This document shows, piece by piece, positions 25,813 through 37,000 of a stretch of 64,000 bases of DNA. The position numbers were made by a program, and so were the translations under genes. The stretch's first letter is position 1; each line of letters begins with the position of its first letter. The notes beneath the pieces are model-generated. The model was not told where the DNA came from. It saw nothing but the letters and a program-made list of their open reading frames with translations, and searched no databases. Source of the DNA: Phallusia mammillata (Eukaryota). The stretch spans positions 6,572,001 to 6,636,000 of the forward strand of contig OZ281501.1 in assembly GCA_965637545.1 (NCBI GenBank), in the 5' to 3' direction.

Positions 25813-26432
25813 GATATTTTCCATGGAAAATTAAAGTAGGTTTGTTTCGATGTATCGTTTTATCATTCACCGTGATCAGTATGAGAACTTTTTTTAAAGA
25901 AATATCAGAAAAGTTGTTTTTAAGTTAATGGAAGAAACTTGATGTTGCTTTATTTCTGGTGCGTCGTACATCTAATCAATTTTTCCAAGTTTCCAAATAT
26001 TCTATTTGAATAAGGACTGACGATGCCATATATTTGGGCGAAATCGATTTCCGAAAGGGTTTGCAACAAAAATACACAGACTGATTTAAGTGTGTGCTGA
26101 ATTTGTCAGCTAAGTAATGTCAATATATGTGACTGGATTCGTCTGTTGGGCACTCGTGGATCAGGACGATTTCTGTATTTGTACATCGTTATAGAAATGC
26201 CGTTTGTTCTAAGTTATCATTGTAAATTGCATGATCGTTCTTGAAACGAAGCCATAAAAAGTCATAGAACTGTGGCAGAAATATGATGACAGTAAAATAA
26301 CTATAACAATTTAAAAGCGGTACTTAGGAAGTTAATATTAAAGCCCTACACTAATGGGCGGTAAAGAGTAATAATCTAGATTTTTCGTGGAAGATGGTTT
26401 GATGCTAAGCAAGCCAATCAATTTTTGAAGAT
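25813..26432. repeat. ~620-bp tail of the composite element, copy 2
   Basis: Near-identical to 24058-24705 at an offset of about 1756 bp. Confidence 0.92.
26011..26053 (+). ncRNA. Minimal type I hammerhead ribozyme motif, copy 2
   Basis: Identical to 24255-24297; predicted cut 26049/26050. Confidence 0.7.
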
Positions 26433-26869
26433 AATCCAGAAATATCAAAAAATACATTATTCGCAAAACAGTTTACCTTATTAGACACCGAAAGCGGGTA
26501 GTAAGACATTCAATAAATCTAACCTTAAAATCAGTGAAACCTCTTGTTCTATAACCCACACACCCAAAGTACCACACGCAAAGATCATATCAAGCACAAA
26601 AAACACAAACATACCCATATCCTGTAACCATTGGCAACGGCGTCGATACACTTTTGATTCGCATTAGGGGGAACGTTGCTGGCAAAACAGAACACCCTTG
26701 TGCACAAATATGACCAGCTGGTTCTAACAGGTGGGCCCACGGGTTAATGCCCCCGGATGGGTGGGGTTAAGGTAACCCACGCATGTGGAGTAAAAACCCC
26801 TTGGTACGGTTTTGATTTTCCCACGTTAATTTGTTTCTAGCAACATGTTTCAGTTTGTTTCATTTAAGA

Positions 26870-27275
26870 ATAGGACTTGTTGCAAGTGTTTTACTTACAC
26901 AATGCCAAATACGCCTGTGTTTGTTACAATGCAGTTTAAGCAGCATGCAATGCTTGAAAAAAAAACAATGTACTGAAGATATTTCTTTTAATTGCCGCAC
27001 ATTTTATCACAACATTAATGCGTAACTTAAAAATGAAAACAAGCATCGTTAATTCTTTGTTGTGAGCAATATGATTTTGGTTTGTTTCAGTAAATAATAG
27101 CATTTGCAGTTACTTACACAATGCCAAACACGTCTGTGTTTGTTACATTGCAGTTTAAAGTAACATAAAACGCGTAAAAGAAAAACAATGCACTGTAGAT
27201 AGTTTTTTTGAAATGTCGTAAATTTTGCCATTACATTAGTACATAATTTAACAAGGTAAAACTAGCATCGTCGCT
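26870..27275. repeat. Diverged direct duplication, period about 220 bp
   Basis: TTACTTACACAATGCCAAAYACGYCTGTGTTTGTTACAWTGCAGTTTAA at about 26891 and 27112, with colinear similarity beyond. Confidence 0.8.
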
Positions 27276-30200
27276 TTTCACCACAAGACTCGCATTTTGG
27301 TGCAAGACTACGTGACTTAGGCGTCATAAATCACATGACCAGGCTCTAAAGTAGTCGCGCGTTCTCGCTAATTAAACTTTACTGCTGCACGTTTGTCCCA
27401 TCATCTTGTCGAACGCACTCACCGCACTTGCTATATTCATTTCCGAGCAGAAGCAGCAGGTGTTATTCATGCAAGAGTATGCATTGCTTTTGAATGTTAA
27501 GAGGTTTCATTCCGCGAGATATTGCCAACACATGAGTTTGGAAGTAAAGCAGCAAATTTGAGAAAATAGTAACTTTCGGCCAGGAATGAATATCTCCTGC
27601 TAACAGCATTGTAAAAAATGCTAAACATAATTTGATATGTTATACTTCCTAATACATATGAAACCAAACTTATGGTGTACTGTAAGTGGCATAAAGTCAA
27701 AGTAAGTTATAAAAATAAAATCCAGCGTTTTTTACCCAAAAAAGATTGAGTTGAGTCTGATGAGGGTGGGTTTGAGCTAGCTTACTGAAAAGTTTATAAG
27801 TTTGTATTTGCAAAGTTTCATAAATATGTTTGAAAGCTTCCACTCCAACGACGCAAATATACGGAGCTTTGAATGCGCGAGAAGGAAAGAGTTATGTTGT
27901 TGTTCTCATGTACATTTGTGGGTTCAGAATATACGTGTTATTTTATTTATCCTATATGCAGAAAGACTCATGGCCTAACTGCTTATCGTCTGCGGACTGT
28001 CGTATAGTTTTATTTAGGGTAACGCTTATAAATTATGGTACATTTTAGCAATGCCAAAGCATAAAAACAAATAACCACTGAATCGAAGGGTATTTAAAAC
28101 AGTATACATTTTAAAATGAAAACGCAAAGCTGCTTTGAACTTCAGGCATTCTATATTACGTAGTTTCCTAACCAATGAGTAATTTTAAAGGTATTTTGCG
28201 GACTCAAACCTTTTTTGCGATCAAGTTCGCAGTCGGCAGCAGACCGCACTAGCTTATGGGTTTTAGACACCACACTCAACTACCAACGAACCCAAAACCT
28301 TTTGTTAATACGGATTAACGAGCCACGGGTTAATGTTTTGCGTGGTGCGCAGCCAAGCATGACCGTGACCGACCTTTCCGCGCCTTTTCCTTGACGTCAT
28401 TCGTCCTTTCGAATGCAGCAGAAGGAAAAACGTAATAGATTTATATATAGCTACTGAAGAAGCGGAATTTATCGTGGTTACTGTGTTTTGGATGGAATTC
28501 GTTTAAGCACCAAAACAAGTTTTTATTTTTATTTTTCCTTGCGTGATTTTGATTTTAAAACAACTTTTTGACAAAAGTACAGAAACTGATTTGATAGTTT
28601 TGAACGTTTGGCTGTAAAAGTTCGATAATTAGCAACCTAAACGCACAAAATATGAAAGATCGAAATCAAACTCTAAAAGCCCGCTTTAAATGCACATTTT
28701 CTCTATGAAGTCATAGATAAAACAGATAAATTTGAAAATATTTTTAAATAGTTCATTATGTAGAGGGCTTATACCGCTTTGACCCTTTTTAAGTTAGGCG
28801 CACAGGCTTTCGGTAAAAATCACTTCTGTAAACCTATAGGTTTTGCAAATAAGCACCACTAAAACGCATTGTCCATATTCAACTCGTCTTGCATAACCTG
28901 TATGCACTGGTTATTTACGTGTGATACAGCAAAATCCGTTGAATCCGTTGCATTTGATTTGCACTCGGAATAGATAACATGACGAATAGCAAGCGCGGTC
29001 AACGGTTAAATATTTTGCTAGAGGCAGCTACATTTTTTTATAAACACCAACTTATCTAAATATCTATTTTTGACTATTTTTTTGCATCAAAGGAGTAAGT
29101 TTAGTGCGATGTGCGTCAATGCCGAAATGGGTTTATTAACCTTTACTCTGCTTCCCGGGTGATTGATCCTTCCCGCTTTTCCCTCGAATCGCTAAGCGCA
29201 CCATTCGTTGACGTATTAGGGCAGCGTAAACCATTTCTAAACTGTAACAGTATAAATTTTCTGAGTGATCTAAATGTCAGTCAAACTGGTTACAACGCAA
29301 TTGCAAAAGCGAAGTGCCCCGAACGGCGCAGCGTTAATGGACGCAATTGCTCGAAATCAAGATGCCGCGAATACCTGTTCGATAAGACTGCACCTCCTCG
29401 ACCCACTGGCAAAACAACCAAGGCGCTAATATTATGACGCACAAGAGCCGTTGCGGCGAACACTGGGAATTTTATCGATCACATTTGCCGGATTGTAACC
29501 CGAAATGAGGTGTTTATCTTCAACCCGACTTGCAATTTGATTGCCTTTGCCGCTAAGACGCTTTTAGACGGGCCGATGTTGACGAATTGAGTGACCGCTT
29601 GCATTAGGAATTATAGCCTTGCAGCGCAAGCACCCCAGGTGTGAAGCAAAAACAAGATATTAAGTTACGTTCGACATCGTCAACTTGAACCAAGTGGCCC
29701 TGTCAGGCAGGTGCGTTCGAAGACTTGTAGCGTAGCATTCCGGCTTATTCGGCGTTATCGGTGCGTCTTGGTGGTGATGCAACGGCACTGCGTCACAAAC
29801 AGAGGATCTAGACCAGTCGTCGGGTTCGATAATGACTTGCGACGCCCGTTTGAACACTGCCTGGACTTAATGTCGCAGCTGAAAAGTCGCGCAAACATTT
29901 CACATACCCAAGGTACCAACACAGGCAGGGCGCGTGGCACCAGGGCTAATGGATGACAATTGGTGTCGACTATGATTAATTTTGAAGCTCTTTCGTTTTT
30001 TTCAAACGCATAGCGCCGCTGGTTTAGCCTTTGATGTACAAGCGTTGCGGCTGTAACCGAAGCTGTGTTATTCCGAAGTGCTAACGGGAATGAAATCACT
30101 CCATTTGTAGCAAAACTCGTAAACAAGCGCAAATTGGTAAACAATTTTATGTCGCGTCTGACGATGTGATGGTCGAATGTCGTGCTGTGTCTGAAAATAA

Positions 30201-33185
30201 AAGCTTGAACTTATATACCACACTTAACTTCTGTTAACAAAAAATGATTATGGATAACGTTGTAGCTTTGAAAAGGCCAACAATTTCGGATGCAATTTTA
30301 ATAAAATCTGCTTTAAAAAACCTAATGAACATTAGAACAGGTTATCGTATGATAGGACACTTGTAATGTTCAAGTGAAAACTTTCCTATTTATCTCAGGT
30401 GTACCGTAATCTAGTGTTTAAAACAGACATAAACGTTACGGGCCGAAGTTTTGTAAAATTTTAAAAATATTCCTGAAACACAAGTTAATAATGTGCAATA
30501 AATTTTGCCCAACCCGACATACGTAATTCTCAAAATCTACAAAGCACATTTTCTCATTTCTAAAAAACTTTAAAATAAACAGAATCCCGCCAGTTCGTGC
30601 GCTGAAATTCTAACCAAAACAACACACCTAGATTTTTTGCTTTACTTCAATTAATCTCTTATCCCACAAAACGAAAGACAAGCCCCCATTTTGGCTTATG
30701 TTTGACCCGCGCTTCAAACCCTCACCTCAAGTTTAGTCCATCACTGTAAGCAGAAGTTTTCGTTTACTCGATCCGTGGTTTATATGAGTAATGAGCGGGG
30801 TAACTATTCCTGGCCCCATGATGGGTTGACAGCTGGGGCAGAGGTGCGATCCTGTCGATTCAGCACGCCCCCAGGGCCCCAACACCAATTACGTAACTGC
30901 CTCTTAGTTGTGTTGACGTAGTGATTAGGACATCAGGGAGCCGTCAGCAGTTGTCCGAATGTTCCAAACGCCGCCGTGCCGCCAAACAATGGCGATTTCT
31001 AAGGAAACAAATCGCCTCTTGATCGCAACTGGGCCTAATTAACCAGCATCTATGCAGTCGGCCTTTCCCGAGACAATAGGTCGTGTGTGTTAGTCCTCTT
31101 TCCACTGGTTCGGGTGAATATGACGTAGCCGGATTCGGCGAGGCGTGACGGGTCCGGTTGCACAGATTAGCGCTGGCGTAATTGTTCTCTCTCTCCAAGC
31201 ATTGCCACGCAATAGACCAACACCCGGCTCGGGTGGCGATGACGTCATGTGCTCGCCAGAAGATGTAACAAAATCCCGTCCAAAGGGGTTCACGGGCGGC
31301 TGGACTTGACACATGAGCGTCAACAGCGGACCGCACGCTGGGAAACAGAGCCTGGGCGGTGTGGCGCGCGTTGTTATGGCAACAGTGGATATGCAACAAA
31401 GTGCGAGGCTTTTAGCGTTTCAGCAAAATCACAGAAATCGGTAATTGGCATTCGGGACGTTTGTGAGGGCAAATTAACGTCCGTCGGGTCAGGGCTGTGC
31501 GCAGATGAACGACCGGATAGCAAAGCCCCTTGTGTGGTGGTGTTGTGGACTCTGAGCACCGAAAACAAGTTGTTACATTTGCGCTGCCGAATCGAAAGGT
31601 CGGCTATTGCGCGCGTGCGGCCAGAAGACCCTATTAGAATTACCCAAATTGCCGACGAGAAATTACGGGATTTAAATATAGATCCGGCCTCATCTCTGAC
31701 TTCCGCAGTCAGTCCTTTATTTTTTGAATGATTGACGCATGTTCCTTTAAAATAAAATGCATTAAAACTGGTACAGAGACTTATCCGATATCAGTTCCTG
31801 TCCTAATCTAATCAACAAACAAAATCATGCCTTGGGATGGCATAAGTTTCGCGTAGATTTCACCAGAGGTATGGCGACAAGACTTAAGGAATGCGCATAA
31901 TTTTGACGCGACCAATTCCGGTACGTCATATAATTTCGGCCTACCTGGCTACGTCGCCTCAGTGGCTGTCGAAATGTTTTGATAACGCCACGCCACTGAA
32001 CCTATACGTATAAGGGCGTTGGTAGCGGGCACGGCGTGGCCCATCTGCCCCAGTAATAAATCATATGCAAAGCTCGCGAAGGAAAATATGGTCGGAAAAA
32101 GGTCTTTGTGGTTTTTGCGAGCCTTTAAATAGGAACGAACTTGCGAATTTTGCAGCACAGGTTTCGGTGGTCCTAAACCGAAGCCTTATGGAACCAGAAG
32201 AGGTTTCGAAATTCTGCAATAAAACGAGAGAGTAAATATTGCAGATAATTTTCAGCTTGCTAATGTGTTGTCAAGGCAGAATATTCGCATTTTAAATTTT
32301 AAACCGTAAAGCATATATGACTGTTTCGATAATAAGTTGTTACCGATGGTGCATTTTCCAACAGGAGAATTCTTCTTTAGATAACGATTTTTATATCGAG
32401 TTAATGTACTAATGTGATTAATAATTTGACTATTTCGTCATTTGCCGTAAAAAAAACTTTCAAACGGTTGATAAACGAGTTTCTCATAAACTCAATTTAA
32501 AGCCGCGTCTTACTCATATCTGGACCAAGTCGTTTTTCAGGGGCAAACGAAAATGCGTTCCAGTAATAAACAACTAATAATTTTGGACGTGTTTGCGTCA
32601 ATGACATTTAACCTTTACGCTTACGCGAGACTAAAATAGCTCAGCAGCGGTATCAGACGCTTAATCCAGCGATAACCACTAACGGCGCACGTCCAATCAT
32701 CATGTACTGAATATTTCTGTTTAGGGTTTGACGCAAAACATTGGCTTCACAGCTTAAAATGAGCTAACGCGATTTGCATGGTGGTAAGTGGCAGAGGAGC
32801 GATAGTATCAGTTAAGAGTCGATCTAACGCGTAGAATCACTTCGGCGGTTTTGAAGTATATTTAGCCATCATGCCTGCAAGACCGCAAGGTAGTAGATGA
32901 TTGCAAAACTGGTACGGGTGAAAATTTCGCCGGGCTTTCGTAGGCTACATTTTCATATTAAACTGTTAAATTCGATTGACAGTATTGTATAAAACTCTGC
33001 TTCATTTACTGACTCAACGTGCATGCATGTGAACATTATTTTAGTATTGTTTTGTTTGACCTCAAACTGAATAGAACAATAACCGGGTATAAACACACTG
33101 TACGGTATCAAAGTCAAAATATTGTCAGCCATGGTGGTTGTAAACATTTCGGGCTCATTATTAACGCATGGGAATATTGAAAATG

Positions 33186-33292
33186 TGACGTCATCGCTTG
33201 AGGCTGACGTCATCGGCTCAGGCGGCGAAGCGCGAGAAAAAAATACGCAGCGCGTGTATATAAGCGCCCTAGCCACCTAAATCACAGTCAGA
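33186..33292 (+). promoter_or_regulatory. Putative core promoter of CCN gene A: two perfect CREs + TATA box
   Basis: TGACGTCA at 33186-33193 and 33205-33212, TATATAAG at 33257-33264, Inr-like CAGT/TCAGAT about 25-30 nt downstream. Confidence 0.65.
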
Positions 33293-34006
33293 TAGTGCGG
33301 TGGTAACATGATGCAAGAATTCGGTTGACGGGATTCGCTCAGTCGCTTGCAAATTGCTTTGTGTCAGCAAGGTCGCTAAGAGCAAGAGTTTGCAGTTAAG
33401 CATATAGGGTCGTCGATCTTCAAAACTCGACATGTCGCTGGTGAATGCGCCCACCGTTCCGGGTCAACTACTAGGGCAAGCTTGCGTTTCATGCTAAACA
33501 GCGCAAGGACGATTCCACAAATCGAGAGACTATTAAGTGATGGCAGCTTGCATGTTTCGGCTGCGCGAAAAATCTCAGCGGTTCAGAGGGCCCGGAGTTG
33601 TTGATGTTTTTGCTTTAAACCACTAATTCGATTTAGCAGGGATTTCGGGTCTCTTCTACCTTGTACAGTGTTTTGCGTCTCATTTTACCCCGAATACGTG
33701 ATAGAGTTATTTTTAGAGTGTGACGCAGCTCTGGAGGGGACAGAGGGGGTGCAGCGATTTTCTGCGAGCTTAACGCAAACAATAGGGGGCAGACGCGCGT
33801 CTCAAGAAGAAAGAGTGTATCGCTTTCTGTTGGGTCCAATCAACAGCGATGTTGGAACAGGCCGCTTTGACGGGTGACCTATGACAGTTAACATGGCAAC
33901 TATAATATTTACTTGTGTTTACAGGAGATATAGGTATAAAAATCATTGTTTCTTAAACATCGAAAACATTTGTTGTACTCACGTAAGTCAGAAGCAACAG
34001 ACAAGC

Positions 34007-37000
34007 ATGCTAGCACAAAGAGTTATTTTATCAACGCTTTTATGTGTTTTCTTAGCACAAACGGTAAGTACAAATTTTTTGCCTAATTATTTCGAAAATT
34101 TATTCTGTTATTATTGAATGTAAGATTATGATTTACGTTCAATTCAAGTGAAAAACATTAAAATTTAATGACCGTAATGGGATTTTTTGTCATCATAATT
34201 TGAAAAATTATAATCTAAACAAATCAAAAAATATTAATTTTTGTTACAGATTTCAGCACTCTGTCCGTATGAGTGTGACTGCAGTGAAGAGCCTAGCCAC
34301 TGTGCACCGGGTATCAGTCTCGTGCAAGACGGCTGCAATTGTTGCAAGGTGTGCGCCAAACAGTCTGGGGAACAGTGTGACGGTCATGGGGCTGTTTGCG
34401 ACGAACATCGGGGCCTATTTTGTGACTTTTCAAGAGAGAGTTCTGGAGATTGGGGCGTTTGTAAAGGTAAGCCCATGCTTTTGATTATTTTTGACGCTTG
34501 CCACATTACCATTAGGTAGTAAAGGATCAGAGCAATCCGTAATTTTAAAATGTCTTTGCGACATCACAATTAAAAACGTGTTGTTTGTTTATTGTTAAAT
34601 TATTGAAATTTACAAAGTTTTTAAGTAGTTTATAGATTTTCGTATGTTGTTTTTTGGAAGTTTCACCCGTGTTTTGTTAAATGTTAAACAAATTGAATCT
34701 AAAATAATATTCGTATAACGTTCGCAATTATAAAACACAAAGGAGACCAACGAAATATTTTAAATTCCTATGAGAGAAAACGTTATATTTCTTTCTCAAC
34801 GGTCACCAGGCAGTAAACAAGCAAAAGTCACATTCCCCACAAATCGCAGCATACTTATAGCTCTGTTGACGTCAAACGACGTTGTCGCTCGAATGCCCCC
34901 AAATCGAACGGCCGTCGTTCCTCTCGGGACACAGAGATGATTGACAGCTTGTGTGTGACGTCACAATGCAAGCCCCGCCCTTGGTACAAAATAAACTGCG
35001 ACGTCCCAGCCGGGAGCCTAATATAAGGGAGAGTCACATTTGTTTACTTACCGGCTTTGGGCAACGTTCATTGGTTATGCCTCCGACATATTTGATTGAC
35101 TGATGGGGGTCGTGATACCAAAAGGGTCCGGTAATAACACTTTGGGGGCGGAGAGGGATTTTCAGGACACCGGGGCCTTTGAGAAACACCCCTAGATGGA
35201 ATGAGTCACCGTCAGGTACAAGCGTTTACATTTCATACCCACTATTAACATGTCGGCACAGGCTTATGTGTCATTATGGAGAAAATCTGAGATCAAAAAC
35301 AAGCGAACACAGAACTTTGGTTTCCAAGAAAAATTGCTGAGTTGCAAAATTGCGTAAAATAAGAAATGACGTAACCCTTTGTCAAACCTGTGTGGCCAAC
35401 ATGTGACACATGTTCCGTTTAAAATGTTTCGCTTTGGGCCGCTTTTAATGCCCGCGAACACGTTAGTGACGTTACGCATTGGCACACGCCTGACAGAAAA
35501 ATTTAAACGTGAGATAGAAAACTATTTTTATACAGTGGGCTAATCAGTCGACATTATTAAAAAGGCTACAAGCCGTGCACAACATTTACTCTCACCATTT
35601 CAGCTGAAGATTTGAGCACAAAAAATCGATTTTCGGGCAATTTCAAACAATTTGTATCCAGAAATTTACCTTCCTTGAACAATTAGATAATGCGGTTTCG
35701 TGATACGTTTTTCTTATATTTTAGCGCGTTCTGGACGACCATGCTTCGACGGTGACATTCGCATTCTTAGCGGTAGCATGGTGGAGCCATCTTGCAAGAA
35801 GAAGTGTTGGTGCCTTGATGGCTCTCTTGGTTGCATGCCACTCTGTCCTCACGAGATCCACTCACCAAGAGCTGACCTCTGTCCCAACGCGCGGCTCCAA
35901 ACCGTTCCAGGCGAGTGCTGCGACCAATGGGTGTGCGACACGCCGTCAGGTGACATCCGCGTTCTCCCATTGGACAATTTCTGGGACGAATACGTTTCGG
36001 AGGACGGGGGGAGATCGATGCCTGTTCAGGTGCCTTTAAGCGTGAACCGTGCTGAAGATTTGGAGGACATTGATGCAGATTGGAGTGAAGATGCTGATGG
36101 GGACTTCGAGTATCAATTCACCAGAAATCAAGATAGGAGCCAGGAGCAAGAGAGAGATTATCACTGGTTGAACAACATCATTCCTGGAGACAGAGATGGT
36201 AAGTAATGCCAGCGGCGTTGGTGCAAAATAAAACAAGGCGTAGGTGGAGAAACGGTTAACCAAAATGGTTCATCGTAAAACCTAGTTTGAAATTGAAAAT
36301 GTAATTGGAATTTTTGATGGTTTGATTTGACCAGAAGTAACCTTTTCCTAAACCGGCTGTACAAGAACATTATGTACGTGAATGATTCACATGTCTGCGG
36401 AATGTCAATTAGTCCCACCCGCGACGACATTTACTATTCCCAAATCGACCGTTTATAAAACATGTCGTCTGTTCTCCTAAAATGCGTGCGCAAAAAAATG
36501 ATTATTATTCGAACTATTTCGTCTTGGAAAAGGCCACCACGCGCCCAACGACATCATAGATTAGGATCACTAAAATATTGTCGGCGTACTTTACGCCCAA
36601 GACCAACCGCTCATTAGCGAGAAATTGCGTTCAACCTGCCCGTACCATCCCACACAGGGTACGTAAACGTCATTCAACGGCGGTTGGTAGTGATTTGTTC
36701 ATTTAGTCAACCCTTGTACATCTAATTCGAATTCGTGTTCGTTTGTACCCTGCTCCAAGGCTCCGCAGTGAACCCTTTACAACAGCCATACATAAATTCA
36801 ACCACTATAAATAGCTGGCCGCATGTCTGTGCGAAAATCCTGCAGGCCTTTTAACGCACAAGCGCCATTGCAACTCAGTTTGATTAACGTGGCAGCCGTG
36901 AACAGATCGGTTTGGAGTTTGAACAATGCCTGTGATTTTCTGACTAGCAATTTATCACAAAATGGTAACAATCACTCGTTTTACAAAATTGTTACGTTGG

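Noticed and set aside
26408-26520. Distal terminal exon for NPHP3 (DNPEISKNTLFAK...ESG-stop, then AATAAA)
   Set aside because: It would need a phase-1 donor, while the available donors at the end of exon 28 are phase 2; stopping at 17407 already gives a full-length protein.
27759-27790. CTGATGA...GAAA (similar cases at 4706, 30159 and 52707)
   Set aside because: No closing G-C stem II, no stem III, or no NUH site.
29100-32200. Overlapping 100-160 aa ORFs in GC-richer DNA upstream of CCN-A
   Set aside because: No recognisable domains or coherent splice pattern; better explained as cis-regulatory sequence.
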